From: Heteronotia binoei | Lineage: Eukaryota | DNA length: 64,000 nucleotides | Assembly (NCBI RefSeq): GCF_032191835.1 | Contig: NC_083231.1 | Span: forward strand, 126,232,001 to 126,296,000 | Direction: 5' to 3' | Shown: in pieces, positions 22,594-33,453 of the stretch | Numbering within the stretch: position 1 is the stretch's first letter | Layout: each line of letters begins with the position of its first letter | Notes under the pieces: generated by a model | The model's input: the letters and a program-made list of their open reading frames with translations, nothing else | What the model was told of the DNA's origin: nothing | The model's database searches: none | Translations under genes and position numbers: made by a program

Positions 22594-25500
22594 CTAGTAT
22601 TCCTCCGCCATCATGAGCACCACCAGGGCAGACCAGCCGGTGAAGGGGTAGCAGCCCTGCCCCTTGCCTGTGCTGTCGTGGTACTGTTCCCAGAGGTAGC
22701 CGCTCTCCTTATACTGCCGAAAGACGTTGCTGATGAGGTTGGCTCGCAGCTCCCGGTACAGGGAGGCGGCCTCCGCCCGGAAAGGGCCCTCCAGGTGGCT
22801 GTAGTGGCGAAGGGCCCGCACAGCCAGGTAGTTGATGTTGATCCAGATGGGCCCCCGCCAGTAAGGGGGGTCGTGCTCCGTGTTGTGCTTGAGGTAGAGG
22901 GGGCTGCTGCGCGAGAGGGAGCGCAGGCCGAAGGGAGTCCACAGGTGCTTCTCGCTGCGCATGTCTGCCAGGAGGGCGCCCAGCCGGGGTGATTCGGGCT
23001 GCAGCAGCTGCAACAGCAGAGGGAAAAGGCTCACGTAGCCCAAGGCGCCCCCCACAAACTGCAGCTTGGGGGACTTGCGAACCACCCGCAGAAGCCTGGG
23101 GGTGGGGAGGGGCTGGCCTGGAGGAGGGGGCCGCAGCCTTTCCCGCTCTAGCGCCACCGCCTGCGTGTGGTTGCCATAGTCAGCAAAGGTGCCCAGCGCC
23201 TCAGCCCAGTGGTGGCGCTCCAGCAGCCGGTTGTCGGCCAGCATCTCTGCCATCTGCCGGTAGTCCTCCGCTGCTGCTTCCCCCAGGCGCCCAGCCACCT
23301 GGGCCATGACCTCTGAGGCGAGCGCCATCCAGCAGCGCAGGTCCAAGTGGCGCTCATCTGGGGAGGGGTGCGAGGCCCTTGGGTAGTCATCCAGCCCTGA
23401 GGTCAGAGTCTTTGGGTTGAGGAACATCCGCGTGTCCTGGTCGCGCCCACGCCACCGGAAGGTGTAGGGCAGCGGACCTGCCTGGGTGCGATTGTACCAG
23501 TCGTACCAGCTCTGCAAGCGAGGGTAGAGGCGCCGCAGGTAGGGCACGTCCGCTGTGCCCTGGGACAGCAGCTGCTGCAGCACTAGGAAGAAGGTGGGGG
23601 GGTTCCCTGCACTGCTGTGTTGCACCACGAACTCCGCAGGCACCTTGGCGCGGGCCTCGTCGCCCAGGATCTGCTCGCGAGGGATCCAGCCTTCCGCGTT
23701 CATGAGGTCGAACCAATGCGCCAGCACTTCCTGGGTGAGGGCTGGATCCCAGCGGCTCAGCAACAGCTGGTGGAAGCCTTCATCCCACAGGAAGCCCCGG
23801 GGGAAAAAGGAGCGCGATGGCACAGCTGTGAAAAGGGGGCCCTCAGGATAGGGCTGGGGGAGCTCGCTGTGCGGAGACTGCACCAGTGAGTGCCCGTAGA
23901 AGTAGCCCATCCCTCCCAGCATGTTGCTGAAGGCAGCCTTGGCAAAGTCCTGCTCCTGCGCAGAGAAGCCCTTGCGGGCCAGCCCAAAAGTCCCCTCAAA
24001 GCGCTCCTCGAAGGCTCCTCGGTGCCTGGCCAACTCCCCGGTCAGCACCTCTCCTGCAAGACGCTCGGTACGGCCGGCGACGCTGCTGGACTCAAAGAGC
24101 ACCTCCAGCCGGCAGGGCACTGCCACGGTCACCTGGTGGACGAGGAGCTGGCTGCGAGGCTCTGTGCCCTCGGGCGGCCCCCGGTAAGTGTCTAGCCCCA
24201 AATAGTAGCGCTTGGGGGCCCCCGGCGGCGCGTGCACAAAACGAGGGCTGAGGCTGGCCTTCACCACGTCGCCCAGGCGATGCAAGCCCTCAGCCTTAGC
24301 CTGCAGGAAGTTGTAGCTGGAGACAGACAAGGAGAGAAAAGTCACGGGGAGAGAAGCAGGCAGCCACCTGGGCCTCCCACAACCTCTGCAGCTGCCGTTT
24401 GGCTAAGGATACCTAGCATAGAGCGGGGCTGTGCCAGCCTCACTGGTGGGCTGCTGGAAGGTGACGGTGAAGTCCCCCAGCTCTTCCGTTGTGCCTGCGA
24501 GAGAGGCCATGCGGTTCTTCTCCACTACCAAAGGCTGAAGCGTCCCTTGGCCATCGGTTGCCATGTAGAAGAACAGGGAAACTAGGGGGGGCGGGCTCCC
24601 CACCATCCTCTGTAGGCAGGAAAGGGGTGTCAGATGCTCATCTCACACAGGCAACACAATTGCAAGCTTTCTCGCAGCACAGAGCCTAGGGGTGAAAGTT
24701 TACAGTCTGGCTTAGACTTGTGATTACTTTGAAGATCGCTCTGCTGGTTAAACGCTTTCTGAATTCAACAGAAACAGTAGATTTACTAACAGAGTGTCCA
24801 CTTGCTCAGACCCTCCCAATCTTTGGGTGCTGATGTACCTGCTGCCCCCTGACATAAGACTGGAGCCTCATGGGAAGTGAGACATCGGTCAAGGCTCAAC
24901 AGGGCTGGCACTAAAAGGAAGGAATGATGCAAACAAGCCGCAGAGGGGCCTTCCCCGCCCCAACTGCCGGGAGCTTCTCCCCAAAGGCCTGCAGGTCTCC
25001 TCACCTCCGGCCGTGCGGTGACCCTCCAGCTCCAGTCGCCCCCGTGCCGGCCTCCCGGCTGCTTCACAAACTCTGTCCGCAGGCTGAGGCCGAGGTCGCG
25101 GATCTCCTGCACCCCAAAGTGGGCCCCGTCGTGCAGCAGCCAGCCATAGCGGGCCAGCCGGTCACTCTGCTCGCAACTGTGGCGCAGCCGGGCGTCCCCC
25201 TCGGCCTGGAGCATCCACATGAAGCCTAGGCGGGAGACACAAGGGGGTCACCGGGGGGCGGGCGGGCGGGCTCCCTCCCCTCCCGCGCTCTAGGCCCCCG
25301 CCTAGCTGGCCTGACCTGCGGCCGGGGCGCGGGGGCTGCGCGTCTTCATGCCGAAGTAGACGTGGGGCCGGTAGGAGCCCCACAAGAGCGCGGCGCTGCT
25401 GCTGCTGTTGGCCGGGAGGGCGCGGGCGGCCGGGTGCCGAGTCAGGGCCGAGGAGGGGCCGCCCAGCCCCCAGCGCGCCGCCACCAGCCCCAGCGCCGCC

Positions 25501-25625
25501 GCCACCGCCAGCCCCAGCGCCGCCCCCGCCCGCCCCTGCCTCGCCGCGCCCGCCCGCTCCGGCGCCCGCGGCCCCTCCGGCCCGCCTCCTCCCCGCCGCC
25601 GCCGCCGCTGCTGCTCCCGGCCCAT
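22594..25625 (-). CDS. MOGS: Mannosyl-oligosaccharide glucosidase (ER glucosidase I, GH63), 4 exons, ~816 aa
   Basis: Exons 25625-25316, 25225-25005, 24609-24413, 24316-22594, phase-consistent. Type II transmembrane N-terminus, [69 protein letters not shown] (minus) at 22518-22523. Confidence 0.98.
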
Positions 25626-26512
25626 CCTCAAGCCCAAGCCGCGCCGCTCCACGTGGCCGGGGCAGCCCGCTGCATGCTGGGAAGCGTAGTCCGGCCGGCG
25701 GGGTCTCCTCTCGCACTTGCCTCCACGGGGCGGGGCCTTGCCGCTGCAGCAGCCAGGGCGCGTGCCCAGGAAAGCTCAAGCCCCGCCCCCCAGCGGAGGG
25801 CAGCCTCTCCTGGAGGCCCACGTCACCCCTCTCCCTTCCTCCAGCTGAACCCGCCCCGCCCCCTCAGCAACCTCCGCAGAAAAGGGCAGGGCTGCTCACC
25901 TCTTGCCAGGCTGGGCCCCCTAGCTCTTGGGCACAGCCCTAGTCTCCCTGCCCTCCAACCAGCCCATGACTCACATATTCTGCACCGCGGCGAGGACAAA
26001 TGCAAAGGTGAAACTGTGTCCTTTGGATAAATCTTTTATTGCTGCTGGAGCCACACCTCCTTTGCCTGCAAGGGCCTCACGTCGCCTGGCCCAAGCCCTG
26101 CCGCCCCCCCACCCCCAGCAAATTGCCCTATACCCTGAGATGCTTCCCCCCCCACACACACACCTGCACAGCAGCTTCTGGAAGCCAAAGCACAGCTCCA
26201 GGACTCCCCGCTCCCTCCCTCCACAAGCAGAGAGGGGCGCCTTGCAATGACAGCTCTGGAAGCCGCTCCAGGCCCGAGAGCAGAGGGGATTTGGGGATAC
26301 CACCAAGCCAGGACCAATCCCAGCTCTGGCCCCCGCTCCTTTTCCTTCCTGAGATGGGGGGTGGTGGAGGAAGGGGGGTGGCAGGCCAAGGAGACCAGTG
26401 AGATGAGCTTGGCTCCCTCTCTCCTCAGTCCGGCCACAGGAGGTCTCCAACATGCCGCTGCAGGTGCTGAGCGAGAGGGGGTGCTGGTGGGGAGGGGGCT
26501 GCCAGCCGCCAA

Positions 26513-29500
26513 TCACTGCTTGATTTGGCCACCATCTCCTTCGCTGACAAAGCGCTTCCGGCCCCTGAAGGGAAAGGGCAGGAGAGGGGAGGTGAGGGAG
26601 GGGCTGGAGAACCATGCCCCCCGCCAGGAAAGACTTCTGGTGCACCCTTCAACCCCCCCCCCCCCACACACACACACACGGACCGTGCCCGGCAGAGCAC
26701 CATACACCCAACTAAGAAAAGAACAGGCAAGAATTTTATGGTGTCTAAACCCAAGAAGGGATCTGCAGGCTTTCCGTCTGCCCAGGAAATCTCGTGGGGG
26801 CCTTGGGCAGATCTCCCCAGGAGAGGGCCAGAGGGGCTCAGAGACGTATCCCAGCCAGAGCTCCCCTGCCCTGCGCCCCAGCAGATCTTCCCAGTGGCAG
26901 GAGCCTACCGGGCAGGGCAGGCGTCTCTCAGCTGCTTGGTGATGACCCCCTCCTCGAAGCACAAGTCCACCAGGCGCTCCAGGATGTTGTGAGCCAGGGG
27001 GACGTCCAGGCTGATGTCTCCGAGCTCCTCGTACACCCGCTGGAAGCCCTGGAGGCAGGGAGGGGAGGGGTCAGGCAGGGCTGCCAAAGGCTGCAAAGCA
27101 GGCCCCCTCCCTCCCTCCCCCCGGGGTACCGTAACGGCTCACAGGCTCCCTTTCCCGCAGGTGTCATTGGGAGGTGTGGGGGCATCGTCTTCCCCAGGAG
27201 CCTGCCGTCCTCCTACCCTGTTCATCTGGTCCAGCGTCACCAGCCCCGTCTCCCACAGCACCTTCAACAGCTTCATCATCATGGCGACCGCCGTCTCGCC
27301 TGAGGACTCCAGCACCATCACCACCGCCTGGCAAAGAAGCAGAGCTGGAGCGGGGCCTGCAGGGCCAACGCAGGGCAGCCCCTTCCTCCCTCCAGCCGCC
27401 CAGCCCAGGGTCCGCGGGCACACCTCGTAGATGAGCTCGTGGTGGAAGTGGGGTACCTCCAGCTGGCGCAGGCAGCGCTCGGCCTCCGACACTTCTCCCG
27501 AAAGGAGGTACTCACGGAGCAGCAGGTTCATCTGCAGAGGGGGAGGAGAGAAGATGAGGACAGCCCCGCTGAGTTGCCGGGAGAGGTGACGGGATGGGCT
27601 GTTGCCCTGATCCAACATGGCTTCTCTGATGCTCTTATGGGCCCACCGGCTGAGGCCCAGAGAGCTTCCTGCCCATCCCCACATGAACTCCCAAAAGGGT
27701 CTCTGCCCAAGACCCCATCTGATGGCCTAGAAACACAGGGCTCCGATTCATGCCCCCCCCCCAATGCCACATGTGGAGTATGAGTCATTTGGAAATGCCC
27801 AGAAGCCCTTTAACACTGGCGCTGCGTGGGCGGGCACACACACCGTTTGGATCTGCAAGCAAGAAGAAAACCACTCCTCCTGCCCCCCAGAAGGGGTTTA
27901 AATGACGGGTGGAAAGACACGGGGGCTGGATAGCAGGAAACATTTTCCCAGGAAGAGTCAGCTGCCTTGGGAGGGGGTGAGCTCCCCCCACCCCACTGCC
28001 TGTCTTTGAGCAGCAGCTTTTAGAGATCCCAGAGTTGGAAGGGGCCACAAAGGCCATCTAGTCCAACCCCCTGCTCAATGCAGGGTCAGCCAGAGCTGAT
28101 TCCGCAGTTGAACAACTTGGACGGTCAAAAAGGTTTCTCTACTATGCCAATTGTGAGCTTCTCTCCTCTGCTGCCAACAGGACCAGCTCTTCAAATGCTG
28201 AAAGAGTGCCACCCTGTCCCCCTCCTCTTCTCCAGACTGGGCATGCCCAAGTCCCTCAGTCTCTCCTCCCAGGGCTTCTTGCCGGCCTCCTGACCCCTGA
28301 TCCTCCTCATCTGCTCCCGCTCCATTCTGTTTCGTTTAGGCTGATCCTGCATAAAGGGAGGGGGTGGACTCTATGGCCTCTCCAGCCCCTTCCAGCTCTG
28401 GGATTCTGGGGGGCCACAGAAGCTGCCTCCCCCACACCTGATTGCTGGTCCAGTGGAGGTCCCCCCCCCCGGACATCCTTGGTGTCAGTCCCTAAGTGGG
28501 AGAGGTGCAGCAGGCACCCTGGCTAAGCCAAAGGAGAAGTCTGGGCGAAGGTTCTGCAGCAGGCAGCCTGAGGGAGGAGAGGATGGACTGAGCAAGGTGA
28601 GCCCTGCACCCGAGGAGGCCCCTGGAGGGACCCTGGCTGTTATGGTCTCCCCAGGAGTCCTGCAGCGGCCTCAGGCTCTCCAAGGCCAGGAGCTCCTCTG
28701 TTCTGACTGGGAGCCTCTGGACCACTCTCTAAAGCTCAAGCCCTCCTCACCTCCCTGATAAGGTGCTTAACAGGTCTCTGGCCTCCCCCCACGCCCCACA
28801 CGTTGTCCAGGCGGTTGACGTCTTGCTTGATCCGCAGGAGGACAGCAGCGCGATCCAGGGCGGCCCTGCAGGGAGGAGGAGAGGCCTTCAGAAGGGAGCA
28901 GAGAGCAACTGGCCACAGGGCCCCCTTGCTGGCCCGCCTGCCTGGGGCTCCAGCACAGAGGGCCCCCCGGCCCCAGCGAGAGGGAGGGAGGCCGGTCGGG
29001 TCTCTCTCTCACCGAGCATGCTCACAGTCGACCCGCCCTTTGTAGCGCTCGAGGAAGTCGAGGGGCAAGGCGTGGTCAGCCACAGCCCGGGCGATGAACT
29101 GGCCCAGCATCTGCACAGACAGACGGGTGGACAGGGTTCAAAGGGCACGGGTCCTCCAAGCTCCCCGACCCCCGCTCTCCTGCCGGGGCTGGATGCTGAC
29201 CTGCGGGGCTTCCGGCGTGTCAAGGATCAGGTCGGGCAGGTCCTGCAGCATCCCATCGAACGCGGCCGCCATGTCCTCGGGGCTCAGCACCTTCCCCACC
29301 AGGTCCGACAGCAAGCGTGAGGTCAGCTCCCGGTGGCTGGCCTTGCCCTCCAGAGACAGTGCCACGGCCATCGAGGGCACCGCTGCCTTGTGGCCCCCCA
29401 GATTCAGGCCCCGGAGCAGCTCCTGCCAGGAAGGTGGAGGGCATCGGTCAGAGGTGGCACCAGCCCGGCACAAGCGTCCTATTGGCCACCCCCACCTGTG

Positions 29501-30984
29501 TGTTGCTGGGTGGTGGTCTCACCGCTGGGGCTGCTTGAGGGATTGTGCTGCCCCCAAAGGAGGGACACCCCCCTGCAAGTCCAGGCCGAGCCCCTGCGGC
29601 TCATGGGAGGACACCAGCCCCAGCCCCTTGTGCTGAGCACTGGGAAGATGCCAAAAGCCTTTGTGTTGTTCCTCAGTGCTTGCCAAGGGGGCTTGCCTTG
29701 CCCTGCTTGGGGTGGGCAGCAGGGGCAAACATCCCCCCCTCCTGAAACTCAAGGGGGCCCAGGACGTCCCCAACAGATCGCTGTGTGGACAAACATGTCT
29801 TTGCACTCCCCCACCCCTCTTATCTGTTGCTTGGTGATAAGTGATATTTAACCCAACCACTTTGGCTCTCCTCTGCCCCCTCCCAGCTGTGGTTCTGCTC
29901 TCTAGTGGATCACTTGAAGGGGAGAGGTGGGGGGTGCACCCGGAGCAGCAGCAGCAGCCACATCTCCCCACAAAGGACACCTTCCACTCCCCCTGCCCCC
30001 ACTCACCACCACCTCCAGGGGGTCTCCATGCTCAAAGTATTCCAGCACCATGGGGTGCACGTTCTTCTTCAGCTCCTCCTCCTCCAGCTCCGGCACCACT
30101 GTGGCATAGACCGTGTCGCCCTGGGGAGAGGGCACGGAAGGCACTGGGGGGCAGCTCCCCCCTCCCCCCCAGAGCCTGAGCCACGTCACCAGGCTGCGGA
30201 GGGCAGCGGGGCCTGGCAAGACCCGCACCCTCCGGACACAGCATCACAGGGCAGCATGCCTACCTTCACGGGGTGGAGGCGCGGAATTGGGGCGCAAGCC
30301 TCTGACATCAGCTGGAGAGTGGAATGGGCTCCCCCTCCCGAGCGGCCTTGGAGCAGGGGGCTAGACTAGATGGCCTCGGGGGGCCCTTCCCACTGGGGGA
30401 TCGGGGGAGGGCAGTACCTGGGCGGCCTCGTCGTAGTTGGGGTCCCGCGCGTCGGGCTCCTGGTAGGTGTAGACGAGGCCGGGCGCTCCCCAGACGCCTT
30501 TCCCTCCGGCGCCACCTGGGGAGAGGGGGCACGTGTGGGCGGGGCGCGGGGAGGCGGGGGCGGGGGGGCGGCGGGGAGGGGGCGGTACCTTTCTTGGGCA
30601 GGCCGCGCCCCTTGCCCATGCGGGAGCGCCGGTCGTGGCCCTTGGCGGCGGGGGGCGGGCTGCTGGGCTCGGGGCCGGCGGGCTCGGCGCCTCCTTCGGC
30701 CAGGGCGTCGCGGGAGGAGGTGCGGCGCAGGCGGCGCTTGGCCTTGGCCTTGAGGCGCGCCTCGTGCAGGGCCTTCTCGTGGGGGCTCCAGGGCCGCCCC
30801 CCGTCCATCAGCTCTTCGGCCCCCGGCGGGGCGGCCTGCGGGGCACACGGGAGAGAGAGAGCTCAGCGGGGGGGCGCTCTGCCCAGGCCCGAGGGGGCGG
30901 CCGCGCGAAGGCGGGCCGGGGGGGGGGACTTGCCGGCGGGAAGGGCCCGCGCGGCTGCTCGGCCGGGAGCGCGGAGGTGGACAT
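26513..30984 (-). CDS. PDCD4-like paralog (tandem MA3 domains), ~425-451 aa
   Basis: Exons 30835-30589, 30515-30418, 30120-30007, 29422-29201, 29110-29013, 28865-28751, 27531-27424, 27327-27217, 27048-26909, 26564-26513; intact frame, and from the second listed exon onward the boundaries match my recollection of human PDCD4. Motifs: [67 protein letters not shown]. Start is either ATG 30808 or a putative upstream exon 30984-30934 with a GC donor. AATAAA (minus) at 26035-26040. Confidence 0.95.
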
Positions 30985-31440
30985 CGGCGGCGGCGAAGGA
31001 CGGAGGGAGGGAAGCGAGGACGAGCTCTGCAGCCCCGCGGCGCGCCCCGTCCGGGCTCGGGCTTCTTGGGCCTGGCCTGGCCTGGCAGGAAGTGAGCTCA
31101 GAGCCGCCGCCGCCGGAGGAGGAGGAGGAGGAGGAGGAGGCGTGGCGGCCCTGGCACTCTCCGCCCGCCCGCCTGCCTGCCTGCCTGGGGGCCAAGCAAA
31201 GCCCCCCGCCCTGCGAGCGCACACGGCCGCGTCGCCTTTGCGCAGCGATGGCGAGCCAGAGGAGGAGGAGGAGCCCTTTCCCGGGACGCCGCCGGAGCTG
31301 CTCGTCCAAAGTGGACCCTGACGGGGGGGGGGCGCGGTTCTGCCTCTTCTGCGCGGCACCTGCCCCCCCCCCCCGGCCTGCCTGCCTGGAGACGGCACGG
31401 AGGAGCCGGCAACAGCGGCCAGCCTCTGTCAGACACCCCG
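30840..31440 (-). promoter_or_regulatory. CpG island / 5' region of the PDCD4-like gene
   Basis: Dense CpG, (GGA)n tract near 31117-31140, directly upstream of the first confident exon. Confidence 0.6.
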
Positions 31441-31486
31441 TCCCATCGCCTGCTCTGCCCGAAGCCTTCGGAGGACCAGAATGCTG

Positions 31487-32190
31487 TCATAGAATCCTAG
31501 AGTGGGAAGGCACCTCCAGGGCCATCTAGTCCAACCCCCTGCACCAGGCAGCAAACTCACAAACCCCTCCCCCTAAATTCACAGGATCTACATTGCTGTC
31601 AGATGGCCATCTAGCCTCTGTTGAAAGACCTCCAAGGAAAGAGAGCCCACCACCTCCCAAGGAGGAAGCCTGTTCCACTGAGCTCTAAACTCACAAGCAC
31701 CTCCCCCTAAATTCACAGGATCCTCATTGCTGTCAGATGGCCATCTAGCCTCTGTTTCAAAACCTCCAAGGAAGGAGAGCCCACCACCTCCCAAGGAAGA
31801 AGCCTGTTCCACTGACGAATTGCTCTAGCGGCCAGGAAGTTCTTCCTAATAGAATCCTAGAGTTGGAAGGGACCTCTAGAGTAATCTAGTCCAACCCCCT
31901 GCACAATGCAGGAAACTCACAAACACCTCCCCCTAAATTCACAGGATCTTCATCGCTGTCAGATGGCCACCTAGCCTCTGTTTAAAAACCTCCAAGGAAG
32001 GAGAGCCCACCACCTCCCAAGGAGGAAGCCTCTTCCCCTGAGGAACCGCTCTAACAGTCAGGAAGTTCTTCCTCTTGTTGAGCCAGAAACTTCTGATTTA
32101 ATTTCAACCCATTGGTTCTGGTCCTCTTCTGAAGCCACAGAAAACAATTCCACACCATCCTCTAGATGACAGCTCTTCAAGTGCTGAAAG
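31487..32190 (-). mobile_element. Three tandem, partly overlapping CR1 3'-end copies (second subfamily)
   Basis: The block cacaaa..ccccctaaattcacaggatc..gcctgttccactga recurs at ~31555, ~31690 and ~31915. Confidence 0.85.
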
Positions 32191-32221
32191 GAAAAAGGAA
32201 GGAAAAGTTCCCTGTGCAAAC

Positions 32222-32482
32222 ACCAGTCGTTTCCAACTCTGAGGTGATGTTGCTTTCACGTTTTCACGGCAGACTTTTACGGGGTGGTTTGCCATTGCCT
32301 TTCCCAGTCATCTACTCTTTCCCCCCAGCAAGCTGGGAACTCATTTTACCGACCTCAGAAGGATGGAAGGCTGTGTCAACCTCGAGCCGGCTACCTGAAA
32401 ACCCAGCATCCGCCGGGGATTGAACTCAGGTCATGAGCAGAGCTTAGGACTGCAGTACTGCAGCTTTAACATTCTGCACCAC
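32222..32482. mobile_element. Sauria SINE
   Basis: Contains actcattttaccgacctcagaaggatggaaggctgtgtcaacctcgagccggct; second copy at 40385-40648. Confidence 0.8.
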
Positions 32483-32484
32483 GT

Positions 32485-32720
32485 ATCATATCACCTCTCA
32501 GCTGCCTCCTCTCTAGGCTAAACGTGCCCATCTCCTTCGACCTTTCCTCATAGGACTTTGTCTCCAGACCCCTCACCATCTTCGTTGCCCTCCTCTGGAC
32601 CCGTTCCAGCTTGTCTAGATCTTTTTTAAAATGTGGTGCCCAAAAGTGAACTCAAGACTCCAGGCGAGGTCTTACCAGAGCAGAGTAAAGCAATAGCATC
32701 ACTTCATGTGATCTGGACAC
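32485..32720 (-). mobile_element. CR1 ORF2 fragment
   Basis: Similar to 8030-8255 and 42350-42560. Confidence 0.8.
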
Positions 32721-33453
32721 TCGACTTCTGTCATCTGCGCGGGGGGCAGGCTCTGCAGCCAATTTGCCAGTTCCAGCGCACTCCCCGCCCTTGTTGCTGG
32801 CAGCAGTACCCTGACACCCCCCCACCCCAGGCCCAGACCAGGCCAGGCTCATAAGATCTCAGCCCTGCTGAGGACTTGGGGCCCCACCTGGACATTCCAG
32901 GGTTTCTGTGCAGAGGAAACCACCTGGGAACGTCTCTCGCCTCAAAACACCCCCTGGGGAGGGGGGTCACCACACATCAGCTGTGATCGGAGGGCACTCT
33001 CCAGCACCAGCAGCTTCCAGCCGCGCCCACAGAAGAGTCAGAAAGTGTGCATTTTCCCAAGTTTATTCAAAATTAGACGTTGGTGGCTGCAGAAAAGAGG
33101 GATTTTTTTTTCTTTGCTAAAGTGCTGGGAGGAGACCTATGCCAACCCCCCCCCCCCCTTGTCCAGGACACATCAGGAAGAAGCTCCGTCGTGGACCGGA
33201 GGCTGAGGCACACAGGCCCCTTTCAGCCACAGATGCTCCTGCTGCAGCACCAAAGCCAGTCCAGTGGGAAGCAATGGCTCCGAAGGGCCTGGCCAGAGGA
33301 AGGGGGGAGGAGAATCCTGCAGCAGGCCCCACTTGCTACAAGCCTGACTGGTGGAGGGGAGGTGGCCCCCAGGCCCTAGTGCCCACCAGCAGCACACCTG
33401 GCAAAGGCATGGGGGCGGGGCTTGGAGATGTGCTTTCCAAGAGAGCCCTCCCT

